A stretch of 64,000 nucleotides of DNA. It comes from the human T2T-CHM13v2.0 reference genome, Homo sapiens. Both the position numbers and the translations under genes were made by a program. The stretch lies in the NCBI RefSeq assembly GCF_009914755.1, contig NC_060932.1. One strand, given 5' to 3'. The notes under the pieces were generated by a model. It was given only the letters and a program-made list of their open reading frames with translations. It was not told where the DNA came from and made no database searches. This document shows, in pieces, positions 1 to 12,344 of this stretch. The first letter of the stretch is position 1. Each line of letters opens with the position of its first letter.

Positions 1-54
1 CACTAACTGAGTAGAAACCACATCAAAAGTAACCAAACGTATTGAGCAAGATAT

Positions 55-490
55 TTTGGTTACCTGTGACAGGAACCCAACTCAAATGGGCTCAAGCATA
101 ACAAGGAATATATTGATTTATAAATGTGAAAATCCCAAACACTGAGCTTGCTTCAGAAAGCACAGAGGGATTCATGCTCCAATCATGAAATCAGTATTCT
201 GCCTCTCGCCATTGCTAATTTCTACTTTCCTGTATATCAGCATCCTTCTCAGTTAAGCATTTGCCAAGGGGTGCAAAGATGACCACCCACACCAGGCTTC
301 CAACCAGCCAGCTTAGCACCCCAAGAGAGAGAAAGTATGTTCCTCGCAGTGGTTCTAGGAAAAGTCCCGAGACCGGGTCTTACAGGTCTAGATTGAGTCA
401 TGCACCCATCATTGAACACTTACTGGGGTCAGGGGCATGTGGTTCTGATTGGCCCAGCTTGAGTCATATCCCACTTCTATAGTGAGAGGG
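55..490 (-). mobile_element. Ancient MaLR solo LTR (MLT1J/K-like)
   Basis: Motifs gtgacaggaacccaactcaaa and ctgattggcccagcttgagtca resemble the reverse strand of MLT1J/K as recalled; boundaries approximate. Confidence 0.6.
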
Positions 491-1005
491 GGAGACAGGA
501 GGCCACAGGCACTAGGAATACCAACAAAGAAATGCTGGCTGTTTCCTACACTTGTGCTGGTATCAAAAGAATCTATGCTGGTCGGTCAACCAGATATCAT
601 TTACCCTAATGAGCCATACTAAGCAGAGCATGATTTATTCCAAGATATGTCAGGAAAGATGAGAAACAAAAATCCAGCATCATTCTTTATAATCCCATAC
701 CATGATGATAAATTAATCATACTGATGAGTAGGCCCCTTTCTTTACCTAGCTAATGCCTATGAATTCTTTGGCTCTCAACTCAGCTGTCAGCTCCTCTGA
801 CAGGTCTTCTCTAACCCCAACTCTCCCACAGACTGTGTGAGGAGCCCATATGGTAACTTGTGCTTTCTCATTCAACACATTGTAACACTATGAACTCTCT
901 ATTTATGTCATTCATGCTACTCTTTGAGAGAAGGGCTGTGGATTTTATGACATAGCTCTAGTACCTGCCATAATTTCAATACATTTTATATTTTTTAAAA
1001 AAGAA

Positions 1006-1348
<343 letters not shown>

Positions 1349-3620
1349 TCACTGTGCTATGACTTTAGTTCTGCTCATTTTATTGGGAATATCATTTTTC
1401 AAAGCACAAGTATCCAATGAAAATGTAACCTTGTAAACATATTTTATCCCACTTTGTAAGTTTACTCAACACAGCCTGTAACCAGTGTATAGTCAATGGC
1501 ATACTCTGGTCTGAAAACTTCTGCAAATATTTGATAAATATGAATAATGTGAATGGCCAAGGGTCAAACACAGCATAAATATCATAGCAGAGTTTCAGGA
1601 AGGCCCCTCCACCATGAGAAATATTTAACTAAAGGCTGGGAAAATCATAAGTCTCAATGCTTTAAAAGAGTTTCAAACATTAAAAGAAGTAGTTTTATAT
1701 GCAGTGAACTCTGAGTTCCCTTCCAATTCTGATACTCTCATTCTTTGTTTTCAGATCTTATTTGGATGAAATTTGGATAGGTTTGGAATTTCACACATTC
1801 TAAAGAAACGAATCTTGCCCCATTGGAAAGAATGTCATATTCAGATTTATCTCCATTCCATCATGCCAAACCTTGGTTTAAGAGAACTGGAAACCCTGAT
1901 CACCATCCACTAAACACTGGGTAAGATGGAAAGATCTGTTATTGACACCCAGCAGAGAGTTTCTGCCCTCTTGTTTGAGTCTCATTTAAAACTTTGATAT
2001 ATGTCATGGGTTTGTCTAAAATATTCCTGCCTGTTATTTGTACTTTTGGGTATTTATATGCAATAAATATCCTTAAATATGAAAAAATAGCTAGTGTGTG
2101 AACAAGAACTACTAAGACAGATGGCCCTACAGCAAACACATTTGGCCTGTTGCAACACATAATTTCATCTTTAAGAAACTGCTATATAACTCACAAGATG
2201 GATTCAGCTGTAATAAAATCCAGATAAGTTGGAAGGCATTGGCAGTGATGGATGACAGAATGATTGTTCACTTATTCAACATATGACATTTGCACTCATA
2301 GATTTATCTTCCATTTGAGGAAGGTAATGACAGTTCTATCACCATGTTTATCATTTACTTGCCTCAATTATCTCCCACATACAGGTCCACTCCCTTGCTG
2401 CTAGGTGTGTAAGATGTTATCATTCTGTATGCAAGGTGTGTTGGACATGCTCCACAAGCTGTACATGAAAGGGAAAGCAAGTATAGTAACTTGTTTCTGG
2501 CACAAAATCTTAAAGTTGATATTGTATACAATTAGTCTACCGTTGGTGTTTATTATGGATATGAATTTGGATGTAACATAAAGCTTTGAGATTGAGGTGA
2601 ATGGATGAAAGATAGAACGCCTTTATAAGACTCACAGGGATCCATGTGGTGCCTGTGGATCTTGCCATTAATTGCATTATAGGAAAAAATAAATTTTATT
2701 GTTTGGCCTAAAAGGCAAATTGTGTATAATGTCTTGCCATATAGTTTCCAGCAGATGACCATGTTTTGGCATGGGAAAAGTTGAATAACTTGTGATGTTT
2801 GACTGCAGTTAGAACAAGGTTCAGTGTCTATGTAGTGGGGAGGGAAATTGTATCTGGCCAGAAACTGTGACATTCAAAGTGCATACAGTTAGTGAGGTTA
2901 AAGATTAGATTTCTCATATCCAGTTTTTCACAAAGTTGGAACTTATCTCTTAGGAGAAAACAAACTCTATATAGGAGTCTCCTGTAGGATAGGAAGTGTG
3001 GTACCAGGGCTCTGAAAGAATATATATCTATCAAAACAATCAGTACATACGTATCAACTACATATGTGCTCATCAATTAGGTACACACAGGAGGAAGTTT
3101 TAAAGAAGAAAATACACATAGACAAACTTGGATAAGGTAGCCTTTATGGGTCAGAAGGAAGATGCAAAATTTAAGCAAATCTGTTTTCTATTCATGGAGC
3201 TGTTTGTTAACAATCCCCTCCTCAGATTACTAAAAACAAAGAAATATTTTGATAAAAATCTATGGAGAGAAATCATCAGCCAAGCACTTTGTTCAGAGTG
3301 CTTCTATGTGCCAGACATGGGAAATATATAAAGATGAGTGAGACATTGTTCTTTCCCTAAAATGAGCTCACATATAGAGAAGGTAAAATACTCTAACATT
3401 GTAAGTTGATTTGACAATGCTAGGCATTGTTATCTAAAGATCACATACAAGGAATCAGGATTCAGAATGGCTTTGAATTTGTAAATAGCAACACCAGAAA
3501 GAAGGCATGGAAATCCCCAAATGATGGTGAATGGTAGTCTCAGAGTCAGTGGCTGCATTTGATTTCTACAAAGCATCCTGTCCAGACTGCAGTGGGATGA
3601 AGCTCTTGGCTCAGGCTCCT

Positions 3621-3797
3621 CAGTTCTTCTCAAAGTATAGTGCATGAACTGACATCAGAATCACCAGGGGACTGTTTACAAAAGCAAATTCTCCAGGACC
3701 ATCTCAAAACACCTGAATCTTTGGGATTGGGGCCAAGGAATCTGTCGTGATGAGCCCTTCAAGTATTCTGATGAAGGTACCAACTTGAGAACTACTG
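3621..3797. mobile_element. MER5-family hAT-Charlie MITE
   Basis: Terminal inverted repeats cagttcttctcaaagt and aacttgagaactactg; internal atcagaatcacc and ggggccaaggaatctg typical of MER5. Confidence 0.75.
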
Positions 3798-4199
3798 CTT
3801 CAGGTCATTCTTCTTCAGGGAGATACAATTGTCAGTTTCTGATGCATGTGAATGTCTTATGAAGATAATTAGATAACTGCCAAAGAGGCTATGGATGAAT
3901 TAGTAATAAGTACATACAAAGAATACTAAGAAAGGAAATTATTAAATCTAGCGAAGACAAAATGTTATATAAAATGGTTAAGTAAACATAATTTACTATA
4001 TGATTCAAGAATGAATCACGTACATAGTAATAACCATGTAAATACTAAATATTGATCTAACTAAAATTACAATGTACCTATTCTGGGAGGTTGAGTGAGT
4101 GACAGGAAGAGTGTTTATGTGGTGGGAGTTAGGAGTGTCTGGGGAGATGGGGAATCTCTGTCTTTCACAATAGAAAGTTACTAGATAGTACCTGAAACT

Positions 4200-4430
4200 G
4201 AAAATCAATTAAGAGCAATTTATATCTATATTATTTAGGGATTTGGAAGTTAATACTAGAAGAATCAGCTAAAGGAGTTGAAAATGATTGGCTCTCAGAC
4301 AAGGGAATGGGGAAAACATTTTTTTCTTCGTAAATCATGCAGAATGAGTTGACTCTATACTTTGAACATGCGTTATTTGGATAGAGTTAACTCTATACTT
4401 TGAACATATGTAATTTGGATAAAAAACAAA
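4200..4430 (+). mobile_element. HAL1/old L1 3' end fragment
   Basis: actagaagaatcagctaaaggagttgaaaatgatt resembles a HAL1 3' terminus; a similar tract occurs at about 40730-40880. Confidence 0.4.
4346..4421. repeat. 38-bp tandem duplication (2 copies)
   Basis: gagttgactctatactttgaacatgcgttatttggata followed by gagttaactctatactttgaacatatgtaatttggata. Confidence 0.9.
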
Positions 4431-4540
4431 GTCCAAAATAAACGAATAAGAAAACATTCTCTCTCCTCTTTGAAGACATTCTGCTCATTCTTTGATAGTT
4501 ATTCTCTCCTCTTAACTTTTAGAGTCCTTACTACCTAGTC

Positions 4541-4748
4541 CAGGAGTCAGTAAGTTATAAACCTTCCCACCTATTTTTATAAATAAAATGTTATTAGAAT
4601 TCAGCCATGCTTATTCATTGACATATCGTCTAAGGCTGCTTTTGTGCTACAATAGCAAAGCTGAGTAGTTGGGATAGAGATCATGTGGCCTGCAAAGCCT
4701 AAAATGCTTACAATCTGGTTTTTTATAGAAAAAGTTTGCCAACCTCTG
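4541..4748 (+). mobile_element. MER58A hAT MITE
   Basis: Ends caggagtcag and gtttgccaacctctg; internal ggctgcttttgtgctacaatagcaaagctgagtagttg; 8-bp TSD acctagtc/atctagtc. Confidence 0.9.
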
Positions 4749-5734
4749 ATCTAGTCTACCCATTTGGCACCTAAAACAATACTTTGTATTTTTGCATTTT
4801 GTCTTTCCTACTGGATCTCATTCAAATCATCTAACAACCATGCTAGTTAGGTAATTTCAGGTTACCAGTGAAATATAGGCTCAGAAAAACAGGAAAACTG
4901 ACCAAAGTCCAAAGAGTGGTAGAGCTCAAAAGAGGTCTGTCTGAATCTAAATATATTTTGCATGAACATTGTGGCGGATGCCTAATAAGCATTTCATGTT
5001 AGTATATTTTGTCTTTTGTAGATGTAAGCTCTGTTTAGGTCAAGAACAATGTCTTAATCATCTGCATCTCCCCTGCGCCTGAAACACAGGAATCACTCAG
5101 AGAAAGTTCTTGATTGACGATAATAAACACGAAGGCAAAAGGATGACTCCTAATTCTCACAGCAAATTTCATGTATTTGAAGCAACACTTGTGATACTGA
5201 CTGTTATATTTTTAGAGGGCTAAAATATGCCCTGAGCTGCTTTTTAGTTGAAGCTTTCTGAATAAATAAAGCACAATTGTTTGGAAGAGGTCACACATTA
5301 AGGAATCAATGATGCCCATTCATCCTCTTGTGGTAAAGCTCAGGTTTCCTGTTTTGCAATTGTTTCAATCTAGACTGGAAGCTCTCAGAGGCAGAGATTT
5401 CACATTTATATGCCCAGGAATTCATCTGGGCACCTGTGTTGTTTCATTCCATGACTAATAGCTAAAAATAAATGAGTAATAACGCATTGTTAGGGTAAGG
5501 TTTGCTTCATGCCCCGAAATGTATTCTGAAAACACTGATCATAAACTTCTTTTAACCAACTGAGTGTTCCAAAAGCAAAAATCTAGTGAAAATTACTCAA
5601 AAAAAAAAATGACATCGTTTTGGTTGGAGAGTTTCTTATGACGGATACACAACTAGCTATGTACACTGTTAACACTGACTTGTGTAAAAGCAATGCTGTT
5701 TTTCTTTAGAGTGAATAAAATTATTGAAAAGAAG

Positions 5735-6540
5735 AATTCATAGCTTGGAAAGAAGAATGAAGTTCATCTATTCTCATCATCTATTCCCATTATACCATGT
5801 CCTAATTGTTATTCAGCCTGTACTTGAATACCCTGTAGAAAGAGAAATCCCCTATCTGCAAGGGGGTCAGTATTCACTTCACTTCATTTATTCATTCATT
5901 CAGACATTTTTAAAGACCTCTTAGATAGTCAGGCTTCATTTTAAACTCTGTCATAAGAGTTATTTGCTTATGTAAGGGTAAAATCTGAGTCTTTGTAGCT
6001 TACATTAGTAAATTTAATGTTTATTTCTCAGAAGCCTACAAGTCTAATCTATCTTCTAATCTACGTGATGGCTCTTCAAGTATTTCGAAGAAATGTCATC
6101 TTCCTGGATCATTCTGTCTTTGTTCTAAACATCTCCAGTTCCTGAACCCATTGCTCAGATGAGATGGTTTTAAGTCTTCTCCTCCTCATTCTAGTTTATT
6201 TATAACCTTCTGAAAACAGGATCACAAAAGTATTGTTTTATATGTTGTCTGACTAGTTGGAAGGAAAATCTAGGTCCTCTTTTCGCCTTTATCCATTACA
6301 TTTCTTAATACAAACTTAGTGAACATTCATATTTTGAGTGGTAAAATACAAATGTTTGCTCCTGTTGAGCTAATAATTAAATCTAAGTTCCTTAAATCTT
6401 ATTCAAGTAGAGTGCTTCTAAACTACATTCCTCCTACTCTGTATTTATGGAGTTGGTTTTAGGGACCTAGTCCCATTATACTTACATGCATTCAATTCAT
6501 CTTATTATATTTACTCCATTTAATTGTTTAATTTTAAAAA
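5735..6540 (-). mobile_element. L3 (CR1-clade LINE) relic, interrupted by a short L2 end near 5880-5945
   Basis: caagtctaatctatcttc, ctcttcaagtatttcgaag and ctaaacatctccagttcc match the reverse strand of the L3 3' region as recalled. Confidence 0.6.
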
Positions 6541-6554
6541 TTAGTGAGATTCTG

Positions 6555-6868
6555 TGCTATAGAGATGAAAGACACAATTTTTGCTCTCCAGGACCTCACA
6601 GTCTAGTAAAAAATGGATAAGTTAACAAAGAATTATAAATCAGGATGCTAAGTGCTGTGATTGGTATAAGTAAAAAAGTACATTGACAACATATAGAAAA
6701 AGCAGACAAACTTTTGCTGTTGTTTTTATTAGGATCTGTAAGGGAGGGAGATAAAAAGGCAAGAGTATAAAGATTCTGAAGAAGAGATAATATTTGGTAC
6801 GTTCCTTGAAGGTGAGTAGAAATTAACCAAAGAGCAGATAAAGGCTGAGAACAAATAAAGGACATTCT
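6555..6868 (-). mobile_element. L2 fragment
   Basis: gacacaatttttgctctccaggacctcacagtctagt and taagtgctgtga are typical of the antisense L2 3' region. Confidence 0.55.
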
Positions 6869-6869
6869 A

Positions 6870-7194
6870 CAGTGTGCTGTCCAGTATGTTAGCCACTAGC
6901 TACAAATGACTATTCAGCATTTGAAATGCAGCCTGTCCAAGTTGAGATGTGCTATAAGTGTAAAATACACACCAGGTTTTAAAGATTTAGTAAGAAAAGC
7001 ATGTAAAATATCTCATTAATACCTTTTACGTTTGTTACATGTTGAAATAATCATAGTTTGGATATATTTGGAATAAATAAAGTAAATTATTAAAATTAAT
7101 TCCATCTGTTTCTTTTTACTTTTTTAAAACATGATTACTAGAAAATTTGAAATTACTTATGTGACTCACATTATTTTTCTATTGGACAATGTTG
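6870..7194. mobile_element. MER33 hAT MITE
   Basis: Ends gctgtccagta and tattggacaatgttg; internal gagatgtgctataagtgtaaaatacacacc; about 325 bp. Confidence 0.9.
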
Positions 7195-7509
7195 CTTCAG
7201 CAAGTAAGAGCAGGCAGAGAGATGAGAAGAATGAAAAATAGTGACAAATTTGGAGAGGCTGGACTTTCCTGATACTAATTCTTGATTCAGTCATCCAATT
7301 TAGATACTCAACAACTATTTTGTATAAAAGTATGTATTATAATTTCAAACATATCATTATGGAATATTGTGATATTGCAGAATATTAAGACCTGCCACTG
7401 GTTACTTAGTTCAAGGTTGACATCGATCTCTCTTTCATATTATTACAAGTCCACCTAAGTATACTGTTATTCAACCCATATGTCTTTATCGTACCCACAA
7501 AAACAGGAA

Positions 7510-7930
7510 TAACTCCAAGTATATGGCATGGCATTCTGGAAAAGGCAATATGAAGGAGACAGTGGTTGCCAGAGGTTGGGGTAAAGGAAAGATGAATATG
7601 CAGAGCATAGAGGACGTTTAAGGTAGCGAAACTACTCTTTGTGATACTATAATGGTGGATACCTGTCAATATAGATTTGTCCAAACCCATAGAATGTGTA
7701 ACACCAAGAGTGAACCCCAATGTGAACTACGGACTTTGGGTGATAATGATGCACCAATATAAGTCTGTATAAATCAATTGTAACAAACATACCACCTTGA
7801 TGGGGGATGCTGATCATGAGAGGAGCTATGTATGTGTGGGAGGAGGTGGTATGTGGGAACTCTCTGTACCTTCCACTCAATTTTTCTGTGAACCTAAAAC
7901 TACTTTAAAAGATAATGTCTATGAAAAAAA
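7510..7930 (+). mobile_element. L1MC1-like 3' end
   Basis: cattctggaaaaggcaa, caaacccatagaatgtgtaacaccaagagtgaacccc, and gtgaacctaaaactactttaaaa followed by an A-rich tail. Confidence 0.85.
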
Positions 7931-8009
7931 TTAAAATTTAAAATATTTTTTAAAAACAGAAATCACTTCTAAAACCTGCCAGTCTTTCTGACAGATGGTG
8001 CCGCAGTGT

Positions 8010-8219
8010 GTTGCACTGCTCCTCAGAAATCCCTTGGGCGATCAAGGCCTAGGCGTCCACGGTGGTGATCACCTTGGTCAAATACTCTTAGATTGGTTTT
8101 CCCTCCTTCTTCACTTCAATCCATTCTCGACTTCATTCTGGAGGATCACTTCCCAAAAGAAACATTGCTCGCAAACCTTTTCTCGGGCTCTGTGTTTTGG
8201 AGGAACCTAGGCTAATACC
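8010..8219 (+). mobile_element. ERVL LTR 3' part (LTR16-like), 5' LTR of the adjacent provirus
   Basis: gatcacttcccaaaagaaac and ctcgggctctgtgttttggaggaacctaggctaatac resemble the LTR16 terminus; followed by the PBS-like ttgctacaaggagtg. Confidence 0.6.
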
Positions 8220-10500
8220 ATTGCTACAAGGAGTGCCCTCAAAATTAGACAGTCAGGACGGGATTCAAAAATGATTCCCTTCCTTCGCCAGATGGCAATA
8301 AGCCCTTGTTAATTGATGGCAACCCCTGCCGTGTTATAGCATCAACACTGTAAGGTGTTCAATACTATTGAATTGGGTTGAGGAGCACAGGGTAAAATAT
8401 GGGCCTATGTGGTAGCAATGGCACTGGAATGGTATGGGTCATAATTGAATCCAATCTAAATGTATCTGCCTGGTCTCTAGATGCAAGATTATAATAAATA
8501 TTCTTAGCACCTGATAGAATCCTTCAGATGGTTTCCTAGCCTCTGGAGTAGAAAAGGCCATGGAGAAACCTATCTATCAGGTAACTCAAAAAGCTTGCAG
8601 GGTTGAACATGGCCAAGAGCAAGTGAGGTCTAAACAATTGGACCAGGCTATAGTGCAAGCTGTTCTGCCATTAAAGATATTTGACCCAGCAAACTGATAG
8701 TGCTGGAGGTATATATGGATGTTGTGTGGAGTCTCTGACAAATCTTGGTGCATGTATTATACAGACACCAGTGGTTCTGTCACAAGGCCATGCCATCAGC
8801 AGTAGGGAATTATTTGCAATTTTAAAAGCAGCTATGGTGGAGACTGAGTACCAGATCATTTGACACTAAGTGACCATACAAATGCAACTGCCCATCATAA
8901 CCTGAGTGTAATCAGATCTAGGGAATCTTATGTTCAGGTGGGCACAACAGCAGTCTATTTTTTGATGGGATAGGGCTTGAGCAAATCCAGAAGACACAAA
9001 TAACTATTACACGCCGACTGACTCTCAGGCCACCTAAAGCTTCTCCTTCAGTTTAAACCTATAGTCTCATGGGTGATATTCTAAAACCAGCTAACTCAGG
9101 AAGAATAAGAACCTAGACCTGGATCACAATATATTAACATTGAACTAAATTAGACAGCTATTTCACTACAATCCACTCTGGCATGGCCCTGGAGGACAAT
9201 GATAAAAGGGAATCTACCCAGTGAGCAGAGTTGCGAGCAGTACAGTTGGTCATTCACTTTTTATGGAAGGAAAATAATTTGAGGCACTGGCAAATAGCTT
9301 AGTTGATTTGTAAGGGACCTGAAAATAACAAGATTTGATCATCTGTGAGGCAAGGAAATGTGGAGAAGATGCAATGTAAATGAACCTATGTTGGGCACAA
9401 AGCATCAAGATATGTTTGTCTTCTGACAATGAGCATGTCCACTGTAAAGAAGGTGCCCATAACCAGGTAGCATAATGACTCAGCCTGCAAATGTCAGATG
9501 GCCTCTCTCATTGCCCCCTCCAGTGCTAGTACGATCAGCCCATAAAGAGAATATCCATGGTGGCAAGAATGGAGACTATGCATGGGTCCAACAATCTGTA
9601 CCAAGATGAATTTAGGTGATTCAATTGATGGATGCCCAACAGCTCAGCAGCTGTACCTTCAATATGGCACCACTTGTCAAGAAGATCAACCAGCCAGTTG
9701 ATGGAAGTTTGATTACATCAGATCCCTTCTAGTCCAGAGGGGACAGCAATTCATCCTTACTAGAATTTATACCTATTCTGCATATAAGTTTGCCTTCCCT
9801 GCAAGCAGCACTTCTGGCAGCACCACCACTTGAGGGCCTATGAAATATTTGATTTAGCAATTCAGAATCTTTCTTAACATATACTCAGGATCTTCTACAA
9901 CAGATACCAGGCTCATGATCACAGGTCACCACAATATCCAGAAAGAAGGCCGCTCAACAGAATGATAAAATGGCCTATTAAGGTTCAGTGTAGAGGGCCA
10001 TACAACCTGTGTGTTTGGGATGCTGTCTGATTAAGGTATAATACAGGAAGCAAACCATGAAGCTGTAGGTGGTGCTGCATTCCAGGAGCTACAATGCATG
10101 GGCACGAGAACCGAGGAGTGGAAGTAGGAATGCATGCCCTCAACCGTGACTTTATTGGAAGAATTTTGTCTTTATCTCTTCACAACTTTATGTTCTACTG
10201 AAATCTAAGTTCCCAGGGGGAAATTCTTCCAACAGGGAGCAAAGCAGGAGTTTCATTTAACCTGATGCTGTGACTGCTGTCTGGTCACTTGGGGCTCCTC
10301 ATGCAGGTGGGAAAGCTGATAAATAAGGAGTGATCAAATTGGCAAGGTGATTGACCCTAGTCACCATGAGGAGCCAGAGCTTCTGCTATCAATTGGGGCC
10401 GAAAGAAGTGTGTTCAGAACCCAGGGAATTCAATGGTATATCCTTATCCAAGGTCACTAATAACCATAAATGGACAATTGCAGCAATGATAAATGAGCTT
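8220..10500 (+). mobile_element. Decayed ERVL internal region (ERV3-16A3/HERV16-like): pro-pol tether, integrase and dUTPase remnants
   Basis: Hand translation: 8569+ PIYQVTQKA..QAIVQAVLPLKIFDPA; 9663+ YGTTCQEDQPAS*WKFDYIRSL..GQQFILTRIYTYSAYKFAFPA (ERVL integrase motif); about 10285 GHLGLLM and 10347 VIDPSHHEE (ERVL dUTPase). Multiple stops. Confidence 0.85.
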
Positions 10501-11364
10501 AAATGGCTGGCACCAGGAGTTACTGGGCCCTCTATTAAATACAACTTAAAATTCTTGATATGTAGGCCACAAATGGAATACTATACAGGTAAGAAAAACA
10601 GGAACTAGTTTAGGAAAAGATATGGCTGTTATATTAAGAAAAAGGATGTATTTGAATAGAAAAAAACAAAAACAAAAAGTTAGATGGGAGCAGTCAGTTA
10701 TCGGTTAAAAAAAAAGATGTGATCTTGGGAAAGTCAACTACAAAAAGATTAAGAAAAAATGTGTTATAGCTATATATGAAACTTAAAGTCCTTAATCCTT
10801 CCCGCATCTGGTATTAGCCTTTTTTTTTTGACAGCCAAAAACGTGACTAGGGAATCCATCACTTGTGTGTCTAGAAGGCCCGTGCAAGCTCCAAAATATT
10901 TGAGAATTCCAAGGAGGTATAAAGAGAAAGCCAAGAGTTGATATTTCTTTATCCTTTCACTCCAAATTTAGCTCACAACCTAACTCAATCTCCCTTTTCT
11001 GCCTTGAGTCCTTTCTTAGCCATCCTCTTTTTTGTACCATATCACACATATTGTAGGTATAACTTTTTCTTTCATTCCTCAAAAGTTTTGCATCATCACA
11101 GCACTATTCTGTCATGTATACAAATTTTTACTCAAGCTTTTAAAATATCCAACAGTAAATACAGTACAGCACGGATTAGGGATCAGCCTCTCAAATTTCC
11201 CTGGTTACCCAGCAATAAACAAGCAATGGGCATTGGTAGCTATCAAGCACTTAGGGCCCAGCCAGCTGCCATGTTGCTCAGATGTACTGATAAATCAAAG
11301 GACACTATTCTAAGATAATGGCCTTCATTAACAGCAAATACTTATGTAGTCTTATAAAAATATC

Positions 11365-11635
11365 CCTGCTTGCCTTCTTGTACATCTGCCATTGCCATGA
11401 GAAAGATATGTCTAGAAAATGAGAAATACGTGAAACAGAATTGACCCAGCTAGGCTCAGTCTAGAGCTGAGACCACACTTGACTTGCAGATGAATAGTAA
11501 ACTCAGCCTGGATTAGCCTGGATCAGTTGCCACCCAGATGACCCACAGAGATGTGAGCTGTAGTAATAAATACTTAATGTTTTAATCCATGACTTTTATA
11601 AGGTGGTTTGTTACACTGTAAGAGCTAACCGATAG
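11365..11635 (+). mobile_element. MLT1G/H-like MaLR LTR, 3' part
   Basis: ctgccattgccatgagaaa, aataaatacttaatgttttaatcca and ggtggtttgttacac..agctaaccgata terminus. Confidence 0.7.
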
Positions 11636-11864
11636 AATTGATAGCCTTTTCTCAATGCAAAACCCAAGGCATGTGGCATGACATCACAATTTATCATTGG
11701 CAGAACAGAGTGGCCAGTCAAATCATAGGCAAATAGTGAGATTCCGCTGAGAAGAGTATGGTCCTTTACTAAAGAAACTCAGAAAGAAATATTAGAAATA
11801 AAGAATATATCCTTGAAATTGATGAGTGAAGTTTTATAATAATTATATTTCTCTTTGATGACAG

Positions 11865-12110
11865 GCAGAATAGTACAGTGGAATGAGTGGGAAATTTGGG
11901 AATCAGATAAATCTGGTTCTACTCCAAATGTATGACTTTGAGAAAGTTATTTGACCTCTTGCTACTTTCATCTATAAAATTAAATTATAAATATATTATA
12001 AATATTATAAATTACACACATACATATAATTCTTGAGAGAAATGAATAAGATAAAATACAAAAAACATAAAAACACTTATAGTGTCTAGCATATGACAAT
12101 TACTCAACAA
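11865..12110 (+). mobile_element. MIR
   Basis: tgtatgactttgagaaagttatttgacctct..ttcatctataaaat MIR core. Confidence 0.65.
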
Positions 12111-12344
12111 AGTAATAGAAATAATTATTGTTCTTTGCTCTTAAACTCCAGGCACACTGACACTATAACTGTCTTTTTCATTTAAGATGTCTTTTAAAAA
12201 AGGACCCAAGTATGTAACACAAAATATCCACCATTTTACTCATTCTTTTGCAGATTTCAATAGCAGTTTACTTAAGAAATTTGGTTTATGAAAAGTTAAG
12301 CTCCTAAAATAAACTATTATTTATCAGTTATATAGGTGAGAGGT

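Noticed and set aside
2200-2950. Unique-looking segment with a 106-aa ORF as a processed pseudogene
   Set aside because: No recognisable protein motif, poly(A) tail or TSD; only a BLASTX search could exclude it fully.
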